In this document: piece by piece, positions 51,759 through 63,654 of the stretch
Layout: each line of letters opens with the position of its first letter
Numbering within the stretch: position 1 is the first letter of the stretch
NCBI GenBank assembly: GCA_963514005.1
Contig: OY740783.1
Coordinates: 6,076,001 to 6,140,000 of the forward strand
Length of the DNA: 64,000 nt
From: Raja brachyura
Taxonomy: Eukaryota
Reading direction: 5' to 3'
Position numbers and translations under genes: made by a program
The notes under the pieces: model-generated
The model's database searches: none
Told to the model about the DNA's origin: nothing
What the model saw: the letters and a program-made list of their open reading frames with translations, nothing else

Positions 51759-53284
51759 GTAAGAAACTTCATCCTATTCAGTCTCTAGATGTATCCAGTT
51801 GTAATTTTAATATATATTTCCAATAATTGTCTTCTGCATTAATTACCAATTCATTGCAATGTTGGATCGATGTTGCTTTAGAATGTTATGTGATTTCGCT
51901 GCAGTAAGATTACCAAATTAAACGTGCCTTGTATGCTATGACTTCGATCCTTTGATGATGGAACGGGTGTGATTTAGTTCCTAATTAGTCGAAAAATGTG
52001 CTTGAATTTGCCTTCACCATGCTTTCAAATTGTTTGAGACTGTTGTTGTCCAAGATCAGCGATGCATCTAACTGTGTTTTCTGATCAACAGCGGGTGCTT
52101 TGTCTCAGTTTGTTTGTTCTCAACGCATATTTCTCAACACATGGATTTAAGAGAGAGTTAGATAGAGCTCTAGGGACTAGTGGAATCAAGGGATATGGGG
52201 AGAAGGCAGGCACGGGTTATTGATTGGGGATGATCAGCCATGATCACAATGAATGGCGGTGCTGGCTCGAAGGGCCGAATGGCCTCTTCCTGCACCTATT
52301 TTCTATGTTTTTATGTTTCTATATGAAACAAACGATAGAAAGGGATAAATCCTGGGTGTAAAATGTCCAAGTTTTCTATATAAGAAGTGTATGTATTAAT
52401 TGGTGGAATCGCATTGCTACCTTTGATCCAATGGCTAACAAAACTTGCATTGAAGATGTATCATTTTCTTGCAGCAAAGCACAGAAGTGCAAAGTTCTTT
52501 AGTAACTTGTCAGTTTCTTTGTTGAACTCAATTAAGGAGCATGTTGCAATCAAGATCGCTTGAACAATGGGTTGGGAAGGCGGTGTGTCTCCATATCGTG
52601 GAAGCATTGGTAATCACTCTCCAATGTCCTATACATTCTGCATCAGTTCCTGTGGATTAAGGGTAGATAATGCTATCCCACTTTTCAAGATAGGAGGGAG
52701 AGAGAAAGCAGGGAATGACAGAGCAGTTGGCCTGACATCGGTAGTGGGAGAGATGCTGGAGTCAATTAGCAAATAAGTAACATCGGCGCGTTTGGTTAGC
52801 AGTAACAGGATCGATCTATTGTCTATGTATCTATGTATTGGTGGAGTCCATTTGTTATTGTGTTATTTCAACAATGATTGGCTCGGCCGTCTTTGGGCCA
52901 ATGAATTTCGGTGGTCTATGGACAGAGATATTTGGATTTTTGTGAAGAGTTTCAGTCAATGTGTGTTGTGTGATTCAGCCCATCAGCGGTATCATTCAGC
53001 CGGTCATTGCGGGAGACGATGGTGTTGCACAATTGGATGTTTTTGTATGTTCAATTCGAATGGCAACGACCGGGTATTGCTGTCGGATTGGGTTATTTCA
53101 ATAAACGCAAAGAAGATATATGTTTAAAAATAAGCAGGAATTGATGTAAATTAATAAGACCAATACATTCTGCAAACACTTAAAGGGTCAGGCAACCTGC
53201 GGCGAAAGTCAAATCTCAGGCAGGGGACCAGAAAGACAGCTGGTAGCGCCAGAGCGCCAACTACGTTTCCGAAATCAGTGGCAG

Positions 53285-53495
53285 ACTGTGTAGGAATTTG
53301 TGCATTTTCCCTGTGGTTTAAATGCTATTTACTGGTGCTCTGCTTTCCTCCCACGTCCCGAAGACGTGCAGGTTTGAAGTTTAATTGACCTGTGTGATTG
53401 TCCCTGGTGTGTCAGGGGTGGATGCGATAACGTAGAACGTGTGTGTCGCCGTGGATTTGGTTGGCAGAAAGATCTATTTCTTTGTTCCATCTCTA
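53285..53495 (+). mobile_element. Degenerate V-SINE/HE1-like SINE
   Basis: ggtgctctgctttcctcccacgtcccgaagacgtgcaggtt resembles the V-SINE central domain. Confidence 0.55.
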
Positions 53496-54384
53496 ATCTT
53501 AAATGAATTTGCCATGAACTGGTCATCCAAGTATCGTTGACCTGGAAATGTATTGGTTTTCCCCTTCCACAAGTGTTGCCCGACCCGATGACCCATGTCT
53601 CAATTTCCTGTTCAATACCACGACATTACCTATTTGGAAAATACCTTGACTGTCAAATGGGGACATTTCGGAACAGCTGTAGTATTTAAATAATTTTTAA
53701 TCCACGCATTTATTAGAAAGACAATTTGAAATCAAATTTTGTCTACGGCGCCCAATGTCATTTAAACATAACGTTCCTCTATTTACTAAATTGCTAATGA
53801 AAAATGTAATTTACGGTTAAAAAAAAAGAAAATTGGGGAAATGAAGTGGAATGTTGGAAACGACATTTTCTGCTATTTTAATTATAGAACAGGGTATCCC
53901 ACTAATCCTTGAATAGAATCAGAATTTAAATCGATGGCTCATAGGAGGGTTTGAGCGACGTTCAAAATTACATTTGCATTTAATTAATTAAAACATTGAT
54001 TTACCAACATTGTGCATTTTCACTATTAAAAGTAGACTTCCTCTATATGAATTAAAGACTTTTGCCGTTAAAGTCACGAAGCAAACTTAGAATTTTTTTT
54101 AATAGATTGCAGGTTGTAATTTATGATGGGTATCTTTTTAATTCGTTTACGATCAGACAGTGATACAACGTTAATCATTCGTTCTCCAGTGCCGATGATA
54201 TTGTAAACGTAAACTCGTTTTAAAGATGCTGGAAACGGAACTGAGCGTCATTGCAAAAACATTAATATTCATTTGATTAATTTTTGAATCCATTAAGGGA
54301 CAGTCCATTGCAATGGTGCACACAGACAAACATTTGAAACCTGTGCCAATTGATTCAATGGCGAAGTACTAACATGTTCTTACT

Positions 54385-55495
54385 ATTTATTTATTTATTT
54401 ATTTTTCTTTTTGTTAAATATTTTTATTAGAAGTACATATTAAAGGAAGAATATACATGTCACATTAATATTAACAATTATTTCTGATTTGTACTTCTAT
54501 GCATTAAAATTTTTTTTAATACAGGTAGGAAATAATAGAGAAAAATAAAGTAAAAATAGAAAATCAAAAAGATGAATGAAGTATTAAGCAGGTTTCCATC
54601 ATTGGAGATATATCCATGGATTATTATATGTGATTCTTCATCTATTCCTTCATTCAGGCTTCAGTCAGGTTCTCACACCGAGCCATTTTGACCCTTTAAA
54701 TATTCAATAAATGGAGACCATATCCCTCTGAATTGATCCAACTTGCCCAGTAGGACAAGTCTTAATCTTTCCAGGTGAAGTGTCTCCGACATTCCTGTAA
54801 TCCACATTTTGATTGTGGGGGATGTAGGACCTTTCCAAAATTTCAATATTAATTTTTTCCTATTTATTAAACTGTGATCGATAAAAATTCTTTTATTCGT
54901 TGTTATTAATTGATCTGTTCTAATATCCGTAATATTATTAATTTTGAGTCAGGAGTGTTCTTACAATTTATATGCTACATTTAGCTTCCAGATGTTGGAA
55001 TACATAACGTTTATTAATGTAGACATTATATTGAGAGAGTTAATTAAAATCTTTACCAATGCAATCTCTTCCATATTTTTTATCTGGTATGAATGTAATG
55101 TTCTTATCCAATGTCGGCTGGATTGCTTTTCGGAATTTACTTGTAATTACTGTCGGCATACAAATGATCAGTATATTTTCGTGAGTGATAGGAGTGATAT
55201 TTCACAAAATACAGTGCAAAGTGACATTTTAGGTGTGTTATTTGTCGTTAAATAATAGAGCTACCATTTCAATCCCATCCACCTCCTTAGTTGGTTTGGT
55301 TCGATTGACACATTTTAGGGAAAAGTTCATGGCAAGATTGTGATTTTTTTTTTTTTGTCTTCTCTCAATTTATGTTCGGGAGCCCGATATGGTAAACCAG
55401 TCATCTTTCCAATTTCTGTGAATTGATCGGATAGTCTCTGAACCATTTATAAAACCCAAACTCTTCCCTCCAAATCAAATGTTTTGCCATGGGCA
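54385..55495 (-). mobile_element. Degraded L1-like 3' fragment in the J-C intron
   Basis: Reverse strand encodes FWKGPTSPTIKMWITG...IWSPFIEYL, similar to the C-terminus of the 8602-9720 ORF; T-rich tail at 54385-54425. Confidence 0.7.
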
Positions 55496-55499
55496 CTCT

Positions 55500-56320
55500 C
55501 AAGGTTCAAGGTTCAAGGTTAGTTTATTTGTCACATACACCAATTGGTGTAGTGAAATGTTTCTTGCCATGCAGCACATAAAATAAAGAATACAGACATA
55601 ACACTAATAAAGAGATTTAAACATAAAAAACATTCCCCCCACAATGGTTCCCATTATGAGGGAAGGCACAAAGTCCAGTCCCCAACCCATGTCCACCCAT
55701 AGTCAGGCCTATTGAGGCCTCCATAGTCGCCTTCACGGAGGCCCAATGTTCCAGGCCGTTCTCGCCGGGTGATGGTGCTCCGGCGTCGGGAGAATCCTCT
55801 CAGTGGCTTGGGACACCTGGAACGGCCGCTTCCTACTGGAGTCCGCGGCTTCCGAAGCCGACAAGGCCGCGCTGAATGGAGCTCCCCCACTGGCTCCCAA
55901 TGTTAAAGTTCACGCCGCCTCCCGCTGCTGGCCGCTCCACAGACCCGCGGCTCCGCGATGTTTGTCTCGGCGGTCTCAGCTCACCGGAGTTCCAGCACGG
56001 CGACCCAGGCAAGGCATCACCTGCTCCGCCCCGCGATGGCGCTCCGCCGCTGCCGAAGCCGAGGTTCTGGGCGGTCTCCTCAGGAAACGACGCTCCAGGC
56101 CCGCTGGTGGGCCGCGAGGATGGGTCGAGCCCGGAGAAAGGCTGCCTCTCCGACCAGGTAGGGACCAGGAAAAGTAGTTTCCCCCTCCCCCCCACCCCCC
56201 CTCCCACAAAAAGAATAGACTCCAAAAACAAAACACTTTAAACACACGAAAATAAAGAAAAGGGTGAAAAACATACAGCTGCAGGCTGGGCAGCCATACC
56301 ATACAGGACGGCGCCCCCTA
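55500..56320 (-). mobile_element. Unclassified GC-rich retroposon-like element
   Basis: (AAGGTTC)n tail and tttatt at the left end; CpG-rich body; sharp compositional boundaries. Confidence 0.45.
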
Positions 56321-56529
56321 TCAAAAACCCATCTCATGGGTCCAAGCGAAACCTATCTAAATTATTTAATTTTAATTAAATTAATGCAAATGTAATTTTG
56401 ACGTCAGTCAAATCCTCCTTTGAGCCATCGATTCCAATTCTCATTCTATTCAAATATTAGTGGGATACCCTGTTCTATAATTAAAATAGCAGAACATTTC
56501 GTTTCCAACATTCCACTAATTTCCATTTG

Positions 56530-56995
56530 GTTGGGTACATGGAACAAACCCTGACACAGACTGCCCCTATCCCCATATTCTTCCTCCTATACTCGTGGAG
56601 AACTCATGGACTTCATTAGCTACTAACTGAGACCCTACGATCAATTTCACCGGGTCCATCCCCGACACATACCTCCACTTTGTTGATTTCACCGTCTCCA
56701 TCGCAGGAGATAGACTATCGACTGTCGTAAATTGCAAATCTACGGACTCTCACAGCTATCAGGACTACAGCTCTTCCAACCTTGCCTCCTGCAAAGACTC
56801 TATGTCCTATTCCCAAATTCAACCATCTCCGCGCAACTGCTCCCAAGATGAGTTGTTCCATACCAGAATATCCGCGGTCCTCATTCTTTAGAGGAGCTGG
56901 TATTCCCCACGTTTACCATAGACGAGGCCCTCACACGTGTCCACACTGTGTCCCCCAGTTCTGCCCTTACTCCATCATCCCCAGTCACAACAAGG
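56530..56995 (+). mobile_element. Degenerate Penelope-like RT fragment
   Basis: DFTVSIAGDRLST...STDSHSYQDYSSSN...YSQ-like translation. Confidence 0.62.
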
Positions 56996-57435
56996 AGTTT
57001 GGTGAGATTGTAACGTTAGTTATGGCCATTGAGCATTCCTGAGAAACCCAGGGAATTTTACAGTAATTAATACTGGAGGCCTATTGATATATTTCCAACT
57101 CAAAATTGTGCGTACATTTGACAGTAACTGCCAGATATTGGCACCCCAAGAAGTTTTCAGCCAATGAGCTCCAAGGTGGGATCAAGGTGGAATGTTGAAT
57201 CAGCCATGATCACAACGAATGGCGGTGCTGGCTCGATGGGCCGAATGGCCTCCTCCTGCACCTATTTTCTATGTTTCCATTTTCTATGTTGAACTAATAG
57301 TTTATGATACTCGGGTGAAGTTTCATGAAATAGAATATTGTGTAACGAATTGCTGTATAATGATTCTTCGCACTGAATATTTTGCAAAATGAGCAAGAGA
57401 GAGAGTTTAACATTCATGTGACCTTTGACTTGCAG

Positions 57436-57732
57436 CGGCTGATTCCCCCCCCAGCCCCTTCATTCTCTTCACGTGCGAGGATCGCGGCTCCAGTGGTTCG
57501 TTCACCTACGGTTGTTTGGCGTTGGGCTATTCCCCTGCGGGCGCCAGTGTCTCTTGGAAGAAAGATGATACAGACCTGGTCGATGGAGTGAAGGAATACC
57601 CGGCAGTGTTCAATAAGTTGGGAACTTACACCCGGAGCAGCGAGTTAACCATCACAGAGGCAGTGGCTGGGGGAAGCGACATCTTCTGTGTGGTTCGGCA
57701 CAACCAAAAAGAGTATAAAGTGAAAGTACCAG
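57436..57732 (+). CDS. IGHM: IgM CH1 exon
   Basis: Acceptor ttgcag; AADSPPSPFILFTCEDRGSSGSFTYGCLALGYSPAGASVSWKK...TYTRSSELTI...DIFCVVRHNQKEYKVKVP; donor GT at 57733. C1-set Cys/Trp/Cys plus an N-terminal Cys suited to light-chain linkage. Confidence 0.92.
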
Positions 57733-57873
57733 GTTCGTGTTGGGGTGCAATGCAAGGCTGAGGGTGGAGTTGGGGTCAAGTGTGTTTTATTGTCATGTGT
57801 CCCAGATAGAACAATTAAATTCTTGCTTGCTGCAGCACAACAGAATATGTGAACATCATAAATAATATGATAA

Positions 57874-58007
57874 NNNNNNNNNNNNNNNNNNNNNNNNNNN
57901 NNNNNNNNNNNNNNNNNNNNNNNNNNNNNNNNNNNNNNNNNNNNNNNNNNNNNNNNNNNNNNNNNNNNNNNNNNNNNNNNNNNNNNNNNNNNNNNNNNNN
58001 NNNNNNN
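57874..58007. other. Assembly gap (134 N) in the CH1-CH2 intron
   Basis: Run of N. Confidence 1.
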
Positions 58008-58319
58008 TAACAGTGCAATAATAATAGTCTATTGTCGTTCAGAGCTTATGAGGTTGTACTGTTTAATAGCCTGGACGTTACAGTTCTCAGGCTCTTGTAC
58101 CTTCTTCACGATGGCAGTGGTGAGATGAGTGTGTGGCCCGCATGGTGTGGGTCTCCGATGATGTTGGCTGCCTTTTTTGAGGCAGCAACTCCGATACATC
58201 CCTTTGATGATGTAGAGGTCAGCGCCGGTTATAGACTGGGCAGTGATTGCAACTTTTTGCAGTCTTTTTCCGTTCCTGGACTTTCAAATTGCCGAACCAA
58301 TCCATGATGCAATGCATAT

Positions 58320-59025
58320 AATTTGCGGGAAAGGAAGCTCACAAAGGGATAGGAGAGTATGGCCAAGTGTAATAGGGATCGATGTGAAAGGTAAGATGCG
58401 TAAGGAATTAAAAGTATTGTATATGAATGCGTGAAGTATAAGAAGTAAAGTAGATGAGCTTGAGGCTCAGTTGAAGGTTGGTAGATATGACATTGTGGGG
58501 ATTACTGAGACGTGGCTGCAGGAGGATCGGGCCTGGAAACTTCATATTCAGGGTTAGACATCCTATCGAAAGGACAGGCAGGTGGGCAGAGGAGCGGGGG
58601 TAGCTCTGCTGGTGAGGGGGAATGTTATAGAAACATATAAACATATAAACATATAAACTTATAAAAGGACTGGACAAGCTAGATGCAGGAAAAATGTTCC
58701 CAATGTTGGGCAAGTCCAGAACCAGGGGCCACAGTCTTAGAATAAAGGGGAGGTCATTTAAGACTGAGGTGAGAAAAAAAGTTTTCACCCCGAGAATTGT
58801 GAATTTATGGAATTCACTGCCACAGAGGGCAGTGGAGGCCAAGTCACTGGATGGATTTAAGAGAGAGTTGGATAGAGCTCTAGGGGCTAGTGGAGTCAAG
58901 GGATATGGGGAGAAGGCAGGCACGGGTTATTGATTGGGGACGATCAGCCGTGATCACAATGAATGGCGGTGCTGGCTCAAAGGGCCAAATGGTCTCCTCC
59001 TGCACCTATTTTCTATGTTTCTATC
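58320..59025 (+). mobile_element. CR1/HER1 endonuclease fragment joined to a 3' fragment
   Basis: KVLYMNA, GITETWL; FPMLGKSRTRGHSL and tail. Confidence 0.8.
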
Positions 59026-59504
59026 TCAACAGAAAGTGACAATATGCCTTGCCCGCTAAATTATTCCAGCTCTTTGCTTTAAAAAAAAATTGAACACCAT
59101 CTGCTGTTGTTGATTGGATAAAACGGTGAGTTTTGTTTCCTGGCACCGAGGAGCGAGAGCGATATTTATAATACCGAAGCACTGTCGTTCGTTCTTGGCA
59201 TGGAACGAAAGGTGGTGCTTAAATTATCGAGGCAATTCACCATTTACAAAATCATAAAAAACCAAAATGACTTGGAAGAGAGCTTGAAAAGAGTGCTCAT
59301 AAATGTATTATCATCACGAGCACGTTCATATAAATCGCGAGGAACTGATCTATCCGTAGATAAGTTACATTTTAACTCGCGAACAATCGAAGTGGCTGAG
59401 TGCATCATGTTGAGAACATTATCAAGGGTATTAAAAGCACAGACACAGACATAGAGGACAGAAGCAGAACAGTTGGCCCATAACATCCATGTGACAACTA
59501 CTTA

Positions 59505-59772
59505 TGCCCCTGTCCATCTTAGGAAACCAGAACGGAAGCCTCTAAGACTTTGCGCCCCACCCAATGTTTCCGTGTGGTTCCCGGAGGTTTTCGTCAGTCT
59601 CCCTAATGGTCGAAAGTGGTTTCCGCTTCTTCTATGTTCCGGCCATTATTTCAAAAATTTGAAAAAACCTCTGGGAACCTGACAAAAACCTCCGGGAACC
59701 GCACGGAAACCTTGGGTGGGGCACAAAGTCTCCAGAGGTTTCCGTTCAGGTTTCCTAAGTGGGACAGGGGCA
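59505..59772. mobile_element. PIF/Harbinger-type MITE
   Basis: TIRs of about 90 bp (TGCCCCTGTCC... / ...GGGACAGGGGCA) and TTA TSD at 59502-04 and 59773-75. Confidence 0.85.
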
Positions 59773-59972
59773 TTACCGAGCTATAATTTCCCCATTTACG
59801 AGCACTCGATGTACCATGGTAAACAAAGAATTTAGCAGCATCTCTGCAAGTCCAAGTGAGTGGGTGGCTACGTTTAATCGGAAAAAGTGATTTATTTTTT
59901 GGTCAAAATAATGTGTCAATATTAATCGACGATTGTTTTAGAGCAATTCCAATGAAGTTTATTTTCTTTCAG

Positions 59973-60287
59973 AACATGTGGTATATCATCCAACCGTCAC
60001 CATTACCGTAACTTCCCTTGATGAAATCAAGCGCAGCAAAAAAGCGATCGCCGTGTGTTTGGTCAACGATTTCACCCCAGCAAAATTTGCTGTGAACTGG
60101 CTGAAGAATGGAAAGCAAGTGGATTCTGGCATCGTCACCTCTCCCGCCTTCCAGGTGAACGTTAACGGTAACTTCTCAGCGACCAGCCAGTTGACAATCC
60201 CAGCTCTAGAGTGGAACGGACGTGCCGTCTATACCTGCCAAGTCAACCATGAAAAACATATAAAAAGCCAAAATATCAGTAGGCAAG
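59973..60287 (+). CDS. IGHM: IgM CH2 exon
   Basis: Acceptor tttcag; EHVVYHPTVTIT...AVCLVNDFTPAKFAVNWLKNG...FSATSQL...YTCQVNH...ISRQ; donor GTAAG. Confidence 0.95.
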
Positions 60288-60748
60288 GTAAGAAATACAT
60301 CCGTGGTGTGTCTCGGGTATTAGTGTAAACATTAGTGCTTACAGTGGTAGAACTTCACTGACATGGACATAGGAAGGAAGTGCTGATGCTGGTTTACACC
60401 GAAAGTGGACACAAAATGCCGGATAACAGCGGGTTAGGCATCTCTAGAGAAAAGGAACAGGTGACGATTCGGGTCGAGACTCTTCTAGTATTAGTGGAGA
60501 GGGACACTAAAGGTATGAGTGTACAAAAAAACGATAGCCCATGGTGCGATCTCACATTTCATTCATTGTGTTGTTCTCTGCACAGAGACTAGAGTCAGTT
60601 CAAGATGATTTAGGACGACAGTTCCTAGAATCACAACTCGGAAGCGATCGTGTACACATTAAAGTTCTGGGGGTGAATGATTGGTGTAAACCTTCCATCC
60701 CAATTATCCCTGGAAATGCTTATATTCACATTAATTATTGTGCTATAG

Positions 60749-61051
60749 ATGATGGTCCCTGCGACGAACTGAAGATTACAATCCTTCCACCACCTGTTGA
60801 ACAAGAGTTAATGGAGATGACCGTGACGTTAACCTGTCTGGTATCCGATGCACCTTACGGTATCACAGTATCTTGGAAGCGCATAAAGGTGCCTTTGGCA
60901 TTAGATATCCAGTCCACAGAACATGGGGAAATCGTAGAGAGCAAAGTAAACATTTCGACTCGTGACTGGCTGAGTGGGGATTATTTCGAATGTGTGGTGA
61001 GCCATGAAGATCTGCCGTATCCAAAATCTAAACAAATCAACTGGAAGAAAG
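60749..61051 (+). CDS. IGHM: IgM CH3 exon
   Basis: Acceptor ctatag; DDGPCDELKITILPPPVEQELMEMTVTLTCLVSDAPYGITVSWKR...DWLSGDYFECVVSHEDLPYP...WKK; donor GTGAG. Confidence 0.95.
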
Positions 61052-61179
61052 GTGAGCCGGGGTAGCTGCAGAGAGGTTCTGTGGGCCAGAGGTGACTGGT
61101 GCTCTTTTTTCTGAGATAAAGCTAAAATTAATGATTGAGATCACTCCGTCGGAGAAGAAATATCTATGCAAAATGAAAT

Positions 61180-62210
61180 AGTGAGGGACCTTATCAAAGG
61201 TAATTTTACTTGTCACATCCTCAAAAAATTCCAGTAGATTAGTCAAGCATGATTTCCCTTTCATAAATCCATGTTGACTTGGACTAATACTTTTACTGCT
61301 ATCCAAATGCCCCATTATTACCTCTTTAATAATTGACTCCAGCATCTTTCCCACCACCGAAGTCAGGCTAACTGGTCTGTAATTCCCCGTTTTCTCTCTC
61401 GCTCCTTTCTTGAAATATGGGATAACATTAGCTATCCTCCAATCCACAGGAACTGATCCTGAATCTATTGAACATTGGAAAATGATCACCAATGATTCCA
61501 CTATTTCGAGAGCCACCTCCCTGAGGACCCTGGGATGCAGACCATCAGGCCCAGGGGTTTTATCATCCTTCAGTCCCATTCGCCTACCCAATACTATTTC
61601 TCGCCTAATGAACATTTCTTTCAGTTCCTCTACCCCCTTAGATCCCCTGTTCTCCAGTACATCTGGGAGTTTGTTTGTGTCTTCCTTAGTGAAGACAGAT
61701 CCTGTTCAACTCTTCTGCCATTCCCTTGTTCCCCATAATAAATTCACCCGTGTCTGCCTTCAAGGGACCCACATTTGACTTTGCTACTCTTTTTCCCTTA
61801 CAATATCTAAAGAAGCTTTTACTCTTCTTCTTTATATTCCTGGCCAGCTTCCTCTCGTACTTCATCTTTTCAGCCCGTATTGCCCGTTTTGTTTCCTTCT
61901 GTTGTCCTATGAAATTTTCACAATCCTCTGGCTTCCGGCTACTCTTTGCTGTGTTATACATTTTTTTTCTTTTAGTCTTATTCTATCTCTTGTCATCCAC
62001 AGTTGCCTCCTACTCTCCTTGGAATCTTTCTTTCTTTTTGGAATGAAGTGATCCTGTGTCTTCCGGATTTTGCCCAAAAATTCCCGCCATTGCTGTTCCA
62101 CCATCATTCCTGCTAGGATCCCTTTCCAGTCTACCTTGGCCTGCTCCTCCCTCATGCATTGATCTACATTGTCCCCTTTGTTCAACTGCATCACTGACAC
62201 TTCCCATTTC
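61180..62210 (-). mobile_element. HER1 ORF2 fragment in the CH3-CH4 intron
   Basis: Minus ORFs PGPDGLHPRVL and SQHGFMKGKSC. Confidence 0.85.
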
Positions 62211-62306
62211 ATACAAATCTTCTCCCGTGCAAAGGGGAGATGCACATTCAGGTGTATATGTCTGAACAAAGAGACGTCACAAAAGGGGAATGTAATACCG
62301 TTAATA

Positions 62307-63196
62307 GGGGGGTTGCACGTAAGGTCACTGGGCTTGATGCACAGAGCCACTCAATCCATCTGGAGGACATCACAGCTTCCGGTACATGTTATTAATGCAA
62401 GAAACGCACACTTTCCCACCTGTTCAAAACCGCCAAAATGTTGAATTTTTGCGCTGTAAAAAATTGTGGAAGTCGGGGCAAGCGTGAGGGACACGTACCC
62501 AACTTCAGAATTCCAAAGGTGAAGTGAAATGAAGGTAAAGAGAAGCGAGAGCTGAAGGGACAACAACAGCTAAAGTGCTTGGCGAACATTGGCCGTGCAG
62601 ATATCAGAATTTTAAAATATTGGGAATTCTCGCGTTTGCTCACTGCATTTCATCAACAGTAAGGCATTATTTGTGGTTTTTCTTGATTCCTTTGGTATCT
62701 AAAAAGTCTCAGAAGTGATAAAGCTGGCTGTAAATTTTACTTCAGAGGCGTTTTCTTTTCGTATGTAAAAACCCACTTGAGAACCATGGGCGATTTTAAA
62801 ATTTTACTGCCAGATTTATCACTTCGGAAACTTTTTAGATGCCAAAGGAATCAAGAAAAAACACAAATAATGTCTTAGTTGATGAAATACAGTGAGCAAA
62901 CGGCCAATGTTCACCAAGCACTCGGACTGTTGTTGTCCCTTTAGCTCTCGCTTCTATCTACCGTCATTTCTCCTCACTTTTGGAATTCTGAAGTAAGCTA
63001 AATGTCTCTCGCGCTTATCCCGATTTCCATAATTATTTACAGCGCAGAAATAGACCATTTCGGTGGGTTTTAACGGGCCCGCCACGCTGGAAACAATGGC
63101 CAGTGCTTACCTGCAGTTCATCGCGTGTACTCCAGTTGGTGTGGAGCGGCGACAGTACGGGTCACGGGTCGTGAGCCGACTGCCGTGAAACCTCCC
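62307..63196. mobile_element. Foldback/MITE-like DNA element with long imperfect inverted arms
   Basis: 62412-62738 is the reverse complement of about 62799-63085. Short terminal IR GGGGGGTTGCACG / CGTGAAACCTCCC. Confidence 0.72.
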
Positions 63197-63229
63197 AAAT
63201 AAATAAACGCCATTTGAATTGTCCCATAG

Positions 63230-63621
63230 GTCAACATCTGCTGACACCGTCCGTCTCAGTCCTTCTGCCGCCGACAGAAGAGATCTCCGCGCACAAGACT
63301 ATCACCCTCACCTGCTTTGTGAGAGGATTCTCCCCTCGCAGGGTCTTCGTAACGTGGACGCATGATGACAAGCGGGTGCATTGGAGCAAGTACAAGAACA
63401 CCGAGGTGGTGGCGGAGAACGGCAATGAAACATTCTTCACCTACAGCCTGTTATCCGTTGGGGCAGCGGAGTGGGCTAGCGGAGCCTCCTTCTCCTGTCT
63501 GGTGGGGCACGAAGCACTCCCCATGAAGACCATTGTCAGAACGGTCAATAAGTCTAGCGGTAAACCCAGTTTTGTCAACGTTTCCCTTGTATTGATGGAC
63601 ACTGTCAATTCCTGTCAATAA
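63230..63621 (+). CDS. IGHM: IgM CH4 exon plus secretory tailpiece
   Basis: [37 protein letters not shown]...[13 protein letters not shown]...[23 protein letters not shown]. Typical elasmobranch mu tailpiece with NVS glycan site and penultimate Cys; internal donor G|GTAAAC at 63560 for the membrane form. Confidence 0.97.
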
Positions 63622-63648
63622 GAATGAATTAGTTTCAATTTTCTCTGA

Positions 63649-63654
63649 AATAAA
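63649..63654 (+). terminator. Polyadenylation signal of secretory IgM
   Basis: AATAAA starting 28 nt after the stop codon. Confidence 0.75.

Noticed and set aside
55654-56337. Overlapping GC-rich ORFs on both strands in the J-C intron
   Set aside because: Stop-poor GC-rich repeat body with no recognisable domain or exon structure.
57874-58007. Missing constant exon hidden in the gap (IgW-like longer chain)
   Set aside because: CH1-CH4 plus the mu tailpiece are all accounted for and the gap lies within repeat-like sequence; the true gap size is unknown.
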